Made by a program: the position numbers and the translations under genes. A stretch of 64,000 nucleotides of DNA from an uncultured Rickettsiales bacterium (lineage in GTDB: Bacteria; Margulisbacteria; Marinamargulisbacteria; GCA-2716485; CAZIFG01): contig CAZIFG010000001.1 of assembly GCA_964539135.1 (NCBI GenBank), positions 1,251 to 65,250 of the forward strand. Reading direction: 5' to 3'. Below the pieces are notes generated by a model that saw only the letters and a list, made by a program, of their open reading frames with translations, was not told where the DNA came from and ran no database searches. Below are positions 47,347 through 57,676 of this stretch, in pieces; the stretch's first letter is position 1, and each line of letters opens with the position of its first letter.

Positions 47347-47936
47347 TGAAGGGCTATCAAAAAGCGCAATTATTGCTTAAATTGTTGGGAGATGAGACAC
47401 AGTCTGTTTTGCGTCATTTATCAGAATCGAGTACGGCGAAGTTAACAGGGTTGGTAGGAGATGTTCCTGATTTAAGAGGGGATGATAAACAGGCCTTTTT
47501 TGATGATGTGTTTCGTGAAGTTGAAAAACAGCGTGTTGCAGGCTTTGGATTGGCGTCTGCTCCACCCGTTGTATCGGCTGCTGCTGCTCCTTCTGTCGAA
47601 AAAGAGAGGCCTTCCACCGGAGCTTCTGGGGGTGGATTTTTTTCTTTAGATGCTTCACCTTCATCTTCTTCTAGTGCTTCAGGCACTAAAGAGTGTGGTC
47701 CTGAAGATATTGCAGAACAGTTGGCATCTCAACCGCCTCAAATTGCAGCCTTTTTTTTATCTAAACTGGATGCGGGCCTTGCTTCTGACGTTCGCGGGCA
47801 TATGTCGTCTACTTTGATTTCTCAGATTGATGAGATTCAGGTGGATGCGATCCCCCTTTCAGATAAAGTCTTTAAACGTATTTATGATCAAATTATGACC
47901 CGAAAAGTTAAGGCAGCTGATCCTAACTTTTTTTAA
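47343..47936 (+). CDS. Short FliG-like protein (N-terminal and partial middle domain only, 197 aa)
   Basis: YQKAQLLLKLLGDETQSVLRHLS matches the FliG N-domain start. A later PQIAAFFLSKLDAGLASDV repeat is FliG-like. No C-terminal torque domain is present before the stop. Confidence 0.45.
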   Translation: MMKGYQKAQLLLKLLGDETQSVLRHLSESSTAKLTGLVGDVPDLRGDDKQAFFDDVFREVEKQRVAGFGLASAPPVVSAAAAPSVEKERPSTGASGGGFFSLDASPSSSSSASGTKECGPEDIAEQLASQPPQIAAFFLSKLDAGLASDVRGHMSSTLISQIDEIQVDAIPLSDKVFKRIYDQIMTRKVKAADPNFF

Positions 47937-49405
47937 TTTCGGAACAGCCCCCTTTTTAGTCGTATATAGCCGATACTTAATATACCGAATGCGACGTAAA
48001 TGATCAGGTCTCCTACTTTTGCGTAGAGGCTTTGTTTTAAATTCATAGGGAGGGTTGCACGGATTACCCCCCTTGTATTTAGGGGCATTTTTTGGATGTC
48101 TTTGCCGTTATTGGAAATGATGCTGGAAATCCCCGTACTTGCAGATTGAATCATGTATTGATTCATTTCAATGGCGCGTAAACGGGTCATTTGGAGATGT
48201 TTTTCAGCGGCAGAGCTGTTTAGGAACCAGGCATTATTGGCCAGTGTACATAATACAGTCGCGCCTTGTTGACCAAACTGTCTTGAGGCACCGGGGTAGG
48301 TGGATTCTAGACAAATAGAGGGTCCAATTTTGAATTGATGGATGCTTAAGGGGCCTTCGTTTTTACCCTTTGAAAATTCTGCGCCTGGGATGATGTTCTT
48401 TAATCCGAATTTTAAAAATAGGGATTTTAAGGGCCAATATTCGCCAAAAGGCATGAGCTTCATTTTGTTATAGGGTGGGTTTAAGCTGCCATCTTTAGAG
48501 ATGAGTGCCGCACTATTATAAATGTGATCGTTTTGTCGATAGGGTGTTCCAAATAGGATATGTGTTTGGTAGGTTTGTGTGATTCTTTTTAGGTCTGTCA
48601 TGAACCATTGTCGTTCTAAATTAAAATCCGGTGTAATCGTTTCGGCCCAGACTACCAAATCGGCGGGGGCTTTTTGAAGGGCTTCTTCTGTGAGGTCTAA
48701 ATATTCTTTTCTAAAGGGCGTCCAGTAAGGGGCTTGAAATTTTTTGTCTTGGCTTTGATTGGGTTGCACGACCAGGACACGTAGCGTTTCTTGAGAGGTG
48801 GGTTCTTTTTGATTTTTGAGTATGAATCCGAGACTTTCGCTGCTCATGATGAGGATACCGCCGAGAAGGAGATAGGTGAGCCCTTTTTTGGATCTATTTT
48901 CATAGGCACTGAATAAAAGGGCATTTATTGCGATTATAATGGCGGATATTAAAAATACGCCCCCTAGCTTTGCCAGTAGAATAAATGGCTGATGACTTGC
49001 TTGTGAATAGCCTATTATGCCGCCTGGGCTTCCAAATGGGCCGATGGATTTTAAATATTCTAGCAGGATCCAGATTAAGGGCATCCAGTGTATTTTTTTT
49101 TTTAAATGGCCAAAGATCCAGCCGATGATGCCGGTATATAGGCCAAAAAAACAACTTGAAAGGATCCATAAGCAGATGACACCGATTTTAGGGCCCCAGG
49201 CACTGAGTGTGAGCATCCAACTGTTAAACCCTGCCATGAATAAGACGCCCCATAAATAACCATACAGGGCCGTGTGTTTTGAGTGTGTGAATACATAAAA
49301 AAGTGGGATTAGGGCAACAAAGGCAAGGCCATACAGATTAAATGGTGGGAAGCTGAGTAGTGTTAGTACTACAGATACTAGAATTATAAGACTTCGGCTT
49401 GCCAT
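47933..49405 (-). CDS. lnt: Apolipoprotein N-acyltransferase
   Basis: Multi-TM N-terminal half and CN-hydrolase C-terminal half (VVWAET, PFGEYWP, ICLEST). Confidence 0.85.
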   Translation of the reverse strand: MASRSLIILVSVVLTLLSFPPFNLYGLAFVALIPLFYVFTHSKHTALYGYLWGVLFMAGFNSWMLTLSAWGPKIGVICLWILSSCFFGLYTGIIGWIFGHLKKKIHWMPLIWILLEYLKSIGPFGSPGGIIGYSQASHQPFILLAKLGGVFLISAIIIAINALLFSAYENRSKKGLTYLLLGGILIMSSESLGFILKNQKEPTSQETLRVLVVQPNQSQDKKFQAPYWTPFRKEYLDLTEEALQKAPADLVVWAETITPDFNLERQWFMTDLKRITQTYQTHILFGTPYRQNDHIYNSAALISKDGSLNPPYNKMKLMPFGEYWPLKSLFLKFGLKNIIPGAEFSKGKNEGPLSIHQFKIGPSICLESTYPGASRQFGQQGATVLCTLANNAWFLNSSAAEKHLQMTRLRAIEMNQYMIQSASTGISSIISNNGKDIQKMPLNTRGVIRATLPMNLKQSLYAKVGDLIIYVAFGILSIGYIRLKRGLFRN

Positions 49406-50190
49406 GATATGAGGTCCATAGATTGCGGAATGCTGCTGTTTTCAGCACCGCTTAAGATTCGTTTTTGGTTTTTAGATAGGGGGATATTGAAGGGGAATTG
49501 TTGTCCTTTTGGATTGGTTGAATCTTGATAGAGCCCGGCAATAAAGTCAGATTTTCTCAGGGACATTAACCCATAGAAAATAAGATCGTTTTCAACATAG
49601 CCTAATTGTGAAATTTCTAGGGTTAAGGTTAGGGTTCGAGTGTTTAATCCTGTGAGGGTATTGTTGCCATTTGTACTGCTGATTACACCTCTAAAGGTCT
49701 CGCTTTTTGGATATCGTTGCTCGTGAATGGCTTGTTGCTCTGTAAAGGTTCCAATATTGTCTGTTACGGTGAAGGGGGCTGTAATAGATGTCCCGAGGGG
49801 GATGCCCTTAATGAGTTCTATCTTATTGTCATAAATAATGATGAATTGGTCCCATGTTGTATACACTTGATCATAAAAGGGTTTTAAGGTGGTACTTCCG
49901 CCTGGAAGACGTGTGGGATCAAAGAGGAATCCTGGAATGGGCATATAGCTCAGTTCTGTTGTGTTGGGTTGAAAAAAGATAATGGGTGAGGGGCGTTTTG
50001 AAAAGGGGATAATATAGACGGCATCTGTGGTGTTGGTGTTTCCCATAAATGTGAATGTGAGTGTTAATTTTAGGTTTTGGGTTTCTTCGACACGTAAAGT
50101 TCTGGCACACCCTGTTAGGCTGATGATGAGGACGAGGATGAGGGCTAATTTTTTATGGAGCATCTTTCTATTATAACCTTTCTTGTGCAT
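49384..50190 (-). CDS. Hypothetical lipoprotein
   Basis: Lipobox SLTGC after a hydrophobic leader. The start could be 50190 or 50163. Confidence 0.45.
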   Translation of the reverse strand: MHKKGYNRKMLHKKLALILVLIISLTGCARTLRVEETQNLKLTLTFTFMGNTNTTDAVYIIPFSKRPSPIIFFQPNTTELSYMPIPGFLFDPTRLPGGSTTLKPFYDQVYTTWDQFIIIYDNKIELIKGIPLGTSITAPFTVTDNIGTFTEQQAIHEQRYPKSETFRGVISSTNGNNTLTGLNTRTLTLTLEISQLGYVENDLIFYGLMSLRKSDFIAGLYQDSTNPKGQQFPFNIPLSKNQKRILSGAENSSIPQSMDLISWQAEVL

Positions 50191-52681
50191 TTTGTTTGAA
50201 TTTTCCTTCTATTTCTAACAATTCTTTTGTTTTTCGGATTTGAAAGGGATCATCTGGGAAGGCAAAGAATCGGTAGGTGATGAACCATGTTTCTGTGGAT
50301 TTTGTATAGGAGAGGCTGAGCTCTCTTTCATGCTCTTTTTTGACTAAACTGAGTGTGTTGAGATCATAATTTTTTAACTCTACTTTACCCAAACCTGTGG
50401 GGTCTTTATAAAAAAAATCCGCTCTAAATTGCCATTGATAGTTTACATCTCGACCCAAATTAAAGCCCAGTTGTAGGGTAGAACCTTGTACAAAAAAATC
50501 ACTTTCGTCTACCCATTTGTTCATATTGACGTAGAGATTATAATTGATCTCTATCCAAGAGGGTTTGAGTTGTGCTTGTATGAATAAGGGTTCGAATCGG
50601 GTGCTTTTTTCTGCATCCGTAAAGTTCATTTTTTTGGATCCATTGGCTTGGAGTGAGGCTCTATTGTTAAAGAGGGTCATTTCGATGGTGTATAAATGGG
50701 AGCCCCATTTGCGTTCGGGTTTTTCTAACCAGTTATAGGGAAAACTGTTGGTCCATGTGAAGGTGCCATAATTGGGGTATTTATCAAATTGAAAGTCCAG
50801 CGTTTGGACAATATCGTTTCTATTGCCTTTCAGTTGTGTGACGCCAAGGGTATAGGGATTGTTGTTGTTTTCTGCTGAATATTGATAGTGATAGAGTGTT
50901 CCAGTTGCGAATAATCCCCATAAAAATTCTTGTCTGTATCCTTCTACGTTGGCCTGTAATCTGTATTGGGCATCGCCATCAAATAAACCGGTATTGGCTT
51001 GTTTAAATGCATATTGGTTATACACAAAATTGGCTTTCCAAACGGAAATGGTTTGATTGTAAATATAGGTGTTGGGTATAATTTCAAATTTTTCTTTTGG
51101 AAAGATGCGTCTATCATTGGTTTTGGGGTCAAACGTGAATTCTCTGTATCTCGCCATGGTGGCATCTTGTTTCACCGTAAAAAAACCGATTTTATAGGGA
51201 TTTAAATCCAGTGTGATTTCAGGTTCTTTGGCTAAATAATCGTTGAGTCTGATGTTGTTTGAGGGTTGAAGCTGGTAAAGCTGATTCCAATAAATGGATA
51301 ATCTTCCCCTGTTAAAGGTTTTGACTAAAGTAGAGTTAAGGTCTAATTTGCGATTGGGATCTTGGTTTTGTTGTGAAATTTCTTTTAAATTTGCCGTATT
51401 ATACAGATTAATACGATTTGGAAAATACAGGGTCTGCTTGAGTGTTGCATCGAGATCTAGTTCTTTAAAGGTATCTTGGCGTTTGTTCAGATCTAAAGAA
51501 TAGCGGTGCTTATTATTAAATGTTCGATTTAGTTTGAGGGTTTGGGCATTGCTTTTAAGTGTGTTGTTTTCCAGTTGATCGCCTGTAATTTGAAAGATAT
51601 CCCCTAAATTGTCGTAATTGGCCCCTAATTTTGTGTATAAACTTTCTTCTTTAGCCCGTATTTGAATGTGTTCTTCTACTTTTTTGCTGATAATTTCATG
51701 ATTAAGGCTCCAATAAGGCGTTATTTGATATGTGTTTTTCCATCCCAATGTTTCATTTTTTTTGGGTTCAAACTGTCCTAATTCATTTTTAATGTCAAAA
51801 TCGTATCTATAGGCGGTGATATTACCTTCTTGTTTTTCCCATTCGTAAAAGTGATTGATCCCGATACCAAGACCCCATTCTCCAAATTGATATTTACTGC
51901 GTTTGATGTCGTCTTTGTCCTGAAAAAAATCGAGATATAAGCTCGATTCTTTGTTGTTTTTATATTTATAATCAATGCTGTTTTGAACAAACCATCCCCA
52001 ACCTGGTCTATTTTCCAGTTTTCCAATGGTTGGGAAATTCCAAACTATTTTTCGTGTGCCCAGTGCATAGGAATAATAGGGGATGGGAATGAGAATGGGG
52101 AGCGATAATTCATTTCCAATAAGAGGGAGTTTAAAGGGGAGTGGCGTGACTAAAAATTTATTGACGAAATAACCGCGTTTGATGACAAAGCGTTTGTTTG
52201 GTGTGTATATAAATTCATCTGCGTAGATATAATGATGGGGGCTTTCGGGGTTAGTACAGGTGGTGAGTATGCCTCTTTTTCCATATTTTTTACTTGGCGT
52301 ATCTGTTAATACATCCGCGGATAGCAAGATATTTCCTTTATTTTCGGGCGGGACGATTTCAATATTAATTTGATTTAAGGTGGCAATATTTTCTTCTAAA
52401 TTTAGAAGAATTGCAGATGTTTTGAATTCGTTTTCACCTTTTTTAATCCAAATATTTCCCGTGGACCAGACCCTGTTGTTGTCTATATCCATTTTAAGGT
52501 AATCGGCAGTGACTTTGAGATCATCTGTTTCTAAGACCACATTTCCTTTTGCGGTCATGATGCGTCCTTCTTCACTATAACTGACGCTTTCGGATTTTAT
52601 TTTTATATTTTGTTCCGTGGCATAGAGTATGCCATTGGCACATAAAAAAAAGATTAAAATGCCCCTTATGAATGATTTCAT
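50171..52681 (-). CDS. lptD: LPS-assembly outer-membrane protein LptD/OstA-like
   Basis: N-terminal OstA-like beta-jellyroll (SVSYSEEGRIMTAKGNVVLETDDLKVTADYLKMD...) followed by a long aromatic-rich beta-barrel region. The start forms an ATGA overlap with the upstream TPR gene. Confidence 0.65.
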   Translation of the reverse strand: MKSFIRGILIFFLCANGILYATEQNIKIKSESVSYSEEGRIMTAKGNVVLETDDLKVTADYLKMDIDNNRVWSTGNIWIKKGENEFKTSAILLNLEENIATLNQINIEIVPPENKGNILLSADVLTDTPSKKYGKRGILTTCTNPESPHHYIYADEFIYTPNKRFVIKRGYFVNKFLVTPLPFKLPLIGNELSLPILIPIPYYSYALGTRKIVWNFPTIGKLENRPGWGWFVQNSIDYKYKNNKESSLYLDFFQDKDDIKRSKYQFGEWGLGIGINHFYEWEKQEGNITAYRYDFDIKNELGQFEPKKNETLGWKNTYQITPYWSLNHEIISKKVEEHIQIRAKEESLYTKLGANYDNLGDIFQITGDQLENNTLKSNAQTLKLNRTFNNKHRYSLDLNKRQDTFKELDLDATLKQTLYFPNRINLYNTANLKEISQQNQDPNRKLDLNSTLVKTFNRGRLSIYWNQLYQLQPSNNIRLNDYLAKEPEITLDLNPYKIGFFTVKQDATMARYREFTFDPKTNDRRIFPKEKFEIIPNTYIYNQTISVWKANFVYNQYAFKQANTGLFDGDAQYRLQANVEGYRQEFLWGLFATGTLYHYQYSAENNNNPYTLGVTQLKGNRNDIVQTLDFQFDKYPNYGTFTWTNSFPYNWLEKPERKWGSHLYTIEMTLFNNRASLQANGSKKMNFTDAEKSTRFEPLFIQAQLKPSWIEINYNLYVNMNKWVDESDFFVQGSTLQLGFNLGRDVNYQWQFRADFFYKDPTGLGKVELKNYDLNTLSLVKKEHERELSLSYTKSTETWFITYRFFAFPDDPFQIRKTKELLEIEGKFKQNAQERL

Positions 52682-55080
52682 GCGTCCTTTGGGATTTCTT
52701 TTTTGTTCCAAAATCCTTTTGGACTTAACCATTCTTTTATGCCGGTAGCTTCTGCTTTTAAGTACTGTGTTCGGCGTTGAATATGGAGTGCTAAAAGGCC
52801 GGTTTGATTGGCGCGTTTCCAATTTTCATGGGCTTTTTCGGGTTCTCCTGTTTCCCAATAAATGTCGCCTAAAAGTAAGCTGTAAAGGGGGTTTTTAGGG
52901 TTTTCGGCTATGGCTTTTTGAGTATAGTCCATTGCGAGTTCCCATTCACTTCCTTTGAAATAGAGTAGGCTTCTGAGGTGATAGGCCAGTTCCATTTCAT
53001 CGCCTAATTTTTCTGCCATTTGAATTTCAGCAAGAGCCTCTTTCATTTTGTTTTTTGTGATGTAAAAGAATCCCAAATTGAGATGAAAAATGGTTGATTT
53101 GGGTTCTAATCCAATGGCCAACTTAAAGGCATCTTTGGCTTCTTCCTCTTTTTGTTCTAAAAAGAGAGTAACACCTTGATTATTATGAGAAATGGCTACG
53201 GTGGATTGTCTGGAATTTTCTTTTTTTGACGCGGTTTTTTGGCGTGGAATGCTGACCAAAAGAAGAGTTTTGCCTGAAAAGAGGCCGCCTATCGCAATTC
53301 CTTTATTGGCACTGTGTTGGTTTTCTTTTAAAAATTGAGCAAATTTTTCTGCCTTTGGATAGTTGGGTGTGTTTTTGAGTGTTTGAAGGCTTAGATCTAA
53401 TGCTTCTTGGGTTTCTCCTTTGTTAAAGCAGGCAAGGCTGAGTAAAAACTGTGCAGGTGCGGATGCGTTTTTTTTGCTGAATAATTTTTTTTCTACCAGT
53501 GGTTTTAGGTGGTTTTTTGCAGCTGTGTATTGGCCCAATTCAATTAAAATTCGCCCCATTAATGTTTGGGCTTTTAAATAAGAGGGGCTGTTTTTGGCAA
53601 TTTTTTCAAGATAGCTACGTGCAGTTTCTAGCTCCCCTTTTTGGTGATACAGTTGGCCAATTTCAAATTGGGTATTGGCATCTTGAGGGTCGCTTTTTAG
53701 ATGGGTTTCAATGGTTTCAGAAATGTCTTCTAAGACGGCTTTTTGGGCTAAATTGTAGATAAATTCTGTATGGCGGTTTTCCTCCAATAGGGTAGTTAAT
53801 AGAGCTGTTTTCTCTCTTTTTCTATTTGTTTTTTTATAAATTTTCAATTCCATGAGCTGAGCTTTTAGTTTAAAGGGAGTTTCTTTAAGTGCCGCACATC
53901 CGGCTAAACTTTTTTCAAAATTTTCTTTGTGGTATTCCAGTTGAACAAAATTATACTCAATCCATTCTTTTTCTTGTGGATTTTCTATTTTGATTTTTTC
54001 CAGTTGTGCAATGACACTGGCTTCATCAAAATGTTGAGATTGAATTAAAGCCGAGATGACTTCTAAGGCCTGTTTTTCTTGATGGTTTTGAATAAAGCAT
54101 TCGGCTAATATCTGAATGCCATAGGCATGACGTTGATTTTTTTCTAAGATTTCACTGAGTTTTCGAATTAAAACGGGAATGGGGGCGGTTTTATTTTCCA
54201 GTAGATTTTTTAGGGTTTCCACTGCATCTGTGTAGAGTCCTTTTACACTAAAGGCATCGCAGAGGCCTAATGTTAGTGGGGCATTTCCGGGGAATTTTTC
54301 TAAGCTTTCTTTGTAGAGCTTGATGACATTATCTGCATTTTCGGCATTGATTTTTAATAGACCTTGAAGATGTTCGTTGGCTTTTTCGATATTAAACCGT
54401 TGCAAATAGAGTTCGACCAATAATTCTTTGACTTCTTTATGATGGGGGGCATTTTTGGTCATTTTTTCGCATTTTTCAATGCCCATTTTGGCGTCGTCAG
54501 GGTAGAGTTGTATCCATTTTCGAAGTGATAAACAGGCTTTGGGGTAGTCTAAGGTTTGAATGTAAAGTTCTGTGAGGGTTTTGTGAAATTGGATGTTATC
54601 GGGTTTTTGAATGCTTAGGGTTTCAAAAAATTGAACGCTTTTTTTAGCTTGTTGGCTTTGACTGTAGATTTTAGACAGTAAATCAATGACAGCCGAATCG
54701 TAAATTTTTTCTTCAAAAGCAGATTCAAAGATATGTTGAATTTTGGCTTTTAATTTATGTTTATTATAAATCTTGTATAGCAAAAAATAGGTTTGCGTAA
54801 ACAATGGATTTTGTTCGAAGAGTTCTTCTAATTCGTAGAAGGCTTCGGTGTATCGTTGATGCTCAATATAGAGTTGGGCAATGACAATCCGAAGTTGAGG
54901 GGGGTCTTTTTGTTCTTTTAATAAGACATATAAAGGGGTTAAAATTTGGGCCAACAGCAAGGGGTTTTCTTTGGCGACAGAGGATAATCGGTCTAAAGCT
55001 TCCATATACTGACCTCGTCTTGCTAAGGACAAGCCAATCAGAAAATTTTTATGGGTGATAGGCTTTATTTGTATTTGCAT
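52678..55080 (-). CDS. Large tetratricopeptide-repeat protein
   Basis: Repeated 34-residue A..Y..A....P motifs throughout. Start uncertain (55080 chosen). Confidence 0.65.
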   Translation of the reverse strand: MQIQIKPITHKNFLIGLSLARRGQYMEALDRLSSVAKENPLLLAQILTPLYVLLKEQKDPPQLRIVIAQLYIEHQRYTEAFYELEELFEQNPLFTQTYFLLYKIYNKHKLKAKIQHIFESAFEEKIYDSAVIDLLSKIYSQSQQAKKSVQFFETLSIQKPDNIQFHKTLTELYIQTLDYPKACLSLRKWIQLYPDDAKMGIEKCEKMTKNAPHHKEVKELLVELYLQRFNIEKANEHLQGLLKINAENADNVIKLYKESLEKFPGNAPLTLGLCDAFSVKGLYTDAVETLKNLLENKTAPIPVLIRKLSEILEKNQRHAYGIQILAECFIQNHQEKQALEVISALIQSQHFDEASVIAQLEKIKIENPQEKEWIEYNFVQLEYHKENFEKSLAGCAALKETPFKLKAQLMELKIYKKTNRKREKTALLTTLLEENRHTEFIYNLAQKAVLEDISETIETHLKSDPQDANTQFEIGQLYHQKGELETARSYLEKIAKNSPSYLKAQTLMGRILIELGQYTAAKNHLKPLVEKKLFSKKNASAPAQFLLSLACFNKGETQEALDLSLQTLKNTPNYPKAEKFAQFLKENQHSANKGIAIGGLFSGKTLLLVSIPRQKTASKKENSRQSTVAISHNNQGVTLFLEQKEEEAKDAFKLAIGLEPKSTIFHLNLGFFYITKNKMKEALAEIQMAEKLGDEMELAYHLRSLLYFKGSEWELAMDYTQKAIAENPKNPLYSLLLGDIYWETGEPEKAHENWKRANQTGLLALHIQRRTQYLKAEATGIKEWLSPKGFWNKKEIPKDA

Positions 55081-56360
55081 TGATAAGTAATTACGCTGAG
55101 CGCTACGCCGCCATAAATCATGTTCGGTAACCATGCCCCTATAAGGGGCGTTAGGGTGCCATCTTTTGCTAGGGCTTTACAAACGGCCATGATAAAAAAA
55201 TAAAACCCAGCAGATAATACGGCAATAATAATGGCCACAATCACACCCCACCAATCTTTTCCAGATCGTACTAAACTTAGGCAGGCGGCGATTCCCATAA
55301 TGCCAAACACAAAGCAGGCAAGAGGGATGCTGGTTTTTGTATAATACTCCACTCGGAGTGCTCGCGTGCTTACGCCTCCTTTTTCGAGTTTTGATATCTT
55401 TGATTTTAATTCTTTTATGTCCATTTCACTAGTTGTTTTTTGTTTTTCATAAAACGTTTGAATTTCTTGGTTTACATGAAGGGTTAATTCTGAAAATTTG
55501 TCCATAAATTGGATATTGCCTTCAGCGTCTACGTCTTGAATGCTGCCATCTAGTAAAGACCATTGATTTTTTTTCCATAGCGCATATTTGGCTGTAATGG
55601 TTCTTGGGAATTCCGATTTGGGTTCGAAAATTAAAATGTTTTCCATTTTTCCTTTTTTAATGTCTACTTTTTTAATGTAAAAAAATCGATCATCGGTACC
55701 TTTAAATACAATGTCTTCTACAATACTGGGGGGGGGTATTTTTTGAATTTGTTCTTGAATAAGTTGTTCGGCATTGCGTTGTGTCCATGGGACTAGTTTT
55801 TCATTATTAAGATAGGATAATGTGCTGGTGGATGCGGTTAAAATAAGTAAGGGAAGTGCAATGCGAAAGGTATGAATGCCAGAGGTTCGGAGTACGGTTA
55901 ACTCATTGTCTTTGGCCATTCTAACCAGCAATAGCATGATTGAAAATAAAACAGCCATCGGTAAAAAAAGCACCATGATTTCAGGTAATTTATAGAGCAG
56001 TAGCCGAATAATTGTCAGCGGAGACACGCCAGCGACAATGACTTCTTCTACGAGAAAAAATAAAATATCAATCATTGCAATGAGTGTAAATCCAACGATG
56101 GATAGGCAGAATGGTCCCATAAATTGAGTGATTAAGTAACGATCTAAAATGGTCAAGTGTTTGCTTATGGGTTTTAAAATAAAATGGATGGCTTTGAGGG
56201 CTTTTAATTCAAAAAATAGCCCATAAATGATGAGGGAAATAAGAACATATACTCCCCAAGTGGGGAGTATATGGAAGCCTTTTTGTAGGCTATGGATGAC
56301 AGCGTTTTCATGACTTAACGATTTCCCAATTGATTGTAATAACGATGTGATTTCGTTCAT
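55065..56360 (-). CDS. LPS export ABC transporter permease (LptF/LptG, YjgP/YjgQ family)
   Basis: ILDRYLITQF N-terminal signature, 3+3 TM helices with a large periplasmic insert. Confidence 0.8.
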   Translation of the reverse strand: MNEITSLLQSIGKSLSHENAVIHSLQKGFHILPTWGVYVLISLIIYGLFFELKALKAIHFILKPISKHLTILDRYLITQFMGPFCLSIVGFTLIAMIDILFFLVEEVIVAGVSPLTIIRLLLYKLPEIMVLFLPMAVLFSIMLLLVRMAKDNELTVLRTSGIHTFRIALPLLILTASTSTLSYLNNEKLVPWTQRNAEQLIQEQIQKIPPPSIVEDIVFKGTDDRFFYIKKVDIKKGKMENILIFEPKSEFPRTITAKYALWKKNQWSLLDGSIQDVDAEGNIQFMDKFSELTLHVNQEIQTFYEKQKTTSEMDIKELKSKISKLEKGGVSTRALRVEYYTKTSIPLACFVFGIMGIAACLSLVRSGKDWWGVIVAIIIAVLSAGFYFFIMAVCKALAKDGTLTPLIGAWLPNMIYGGVALSVITYQCKYK

Positions 56361-56377
56361 TCAATGGGGGGGATGTG

Positions 56378-56578
56378 TTAAGAAAGTTCGTCGGCTACTT
56401 GTTGAATCTTTGTGCGTCTCTCAGCTGCTTTTTTGCGTCTCTTTTTTTCTTCAGAGGGCTTTTCAAAATATTCTCGTTTTCGAAGTTCTAACAAGGTGCC
56501 TTCATTTTTTACCTTTCTTTTGAATTTTCTTAATACAGAATCAATCGATTCTCCTGGCCGTTTTTCTTGCTTTGCCAT
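56378..56578 (-). CDS. rpsU: 30S ribosomal protein S21
   Basis: ESIDSVLRKFKRKVKNEGTLLELRKREYFEKPSEEKKRRK. Confidence 0.9.
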   Translation of the reverse strand: MAKQEKRPGESIDSVLRKFKRKVKNEGTLLELRKREYFEKPSEEKKRRKKAAERRTKIQQVADELS

Positions 56579-56614
56579 TTTGTCTTCACTCCTTCTTTAC
56601 TCTAAACGTTTTGT

Positions 56615-56956
56615 TTATCCCGGCGGCCAGTTTAAGTGACGCCCACCTAAGATATGAAAATGAAGATGATCCACTGTTTGACCACCGTCTTCTCCTGTAT
56701 TTGTCACTATTCTGAACCCATTGTCTTCTAATTTTAAATCTTTGACAATAGCTTGAATGGATTCTAAGAGCTGTGATAACAGTGTAGCATTAATTTTTGA
56801 AAGTTTCAGTATATTCTGAAGATGGGCTTTTGGAATGACAATAATATGAATGGGGGCTTGTGGATTTATATCATGAAAAGCGATGACGCTTTCGCTTTCA
56901 TAGACGATTTTGGCCGGGATTTTTTTTTCAATAATGCTACAAAAAATACAATTCAT
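56615..56956 (-). CDS. Histidine triad (HIT) family nucleotide hydrolase
   Basis: CIFC.II....PA, then HLHFHILGG histidine triad. Confidence 0.9.
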   Translation of the reverse strand: MNCIFCSIIEKKIPAKIVYESESVIAFHDINPQAPIHIIVIPKAHLQNILKLSKINATLLSQLLESIQAIVKDLKLEDNGFRIVTNTGEDGGQTVDHLHFHILGGRHLNWPPG

Positions 56957-56962
56957 AGTGGT

Positions 56963-57676
56963 TTATTCCTTTAATAAGAGACCTTCAAGTTGCAGTCTCG
57001 TGTTGGTATTGTAGTGAAGGGCTTCTAGGGTGTCTACTATTCTTTGGATTATGTAGATGTTAGGGGGTGTTTCTTCTGTCAATTCCTGGATCCACTCATA
57101 TAGAGCTTCTTGGGCACTTTCTTTGTTTTCGGCCAGAATTTCAAGTGCGCTTAATTGGTCTATTAGCGATTTTTTTTTCAATTCTGTGTAGGGAATATGT
57201 TTTTTTTCGGACTTAGTCTTATTTTTTTCTGTGGGAAAATATAGGGGCTGACACCGTGACCAAATGGTTGGCAGTATGGCTTTGGGTTGCGTTGTGGTTA
57301 ATATAAAGATAACGTGATTCGGGGGTGTTTCCAGTGTTTTTAAAAAGGCATTGGCGGCTTGCACGGTAAATGTGTGGGCATCGCATAGGGTTACAAAGAG
57401 GGGATCTTGATTTGGAGAGCCATATTTTGTTTTTTCTATTAATGCCCGGATATCTTCTATTTTGATGCTGTTTTCTGTCTTTACTCTCAAATGGTTGGGA
57501 CTTTCTTTAGCGCTTTGAAGTCGTTTTTCAATGAGGTAAGTGGCGGCTAATTCTAGATCTGCCGCGCATTCTCCGTAAAAGAGATAGGCGGCATCTAGGG
57601 TTTTATGTTCAGAGAGGGCATCTAAAAAGGCTTTATTTTTGTTTGAAAATAAAGTGCCGGTTTCATCATTTGTCAT
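56963..57676 (-). CDS. holB: DNA polymerase III delta-prime subunit (short form)
   Basis: AYLFYG with a degenerate P-loop, NAFLKTLE(T)PP, TIWSRCQ (SRC motif). Confidence 0.6.
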   Translation of the reverse strand: MTNDETGTLFSNKNKAFLDALSEHKTLDAAYLFYGECAADLELAATYLIEKRLQSAKESPNHLRVKTENSIKIEDIRALIEKTKYGSPNQDPLFVTLCDAHTFTVQAANAFLKTLETPPNHVIFILTTTQPKAILPTIWSRCQPLYFPTEKNKTKSEKKHIPYTELKKKSLIDQLSALEILAENKESAQEALYEWIQELTEETPPNIYIIQRIVDTLEALHYNTNTRLQLEGLLLKE

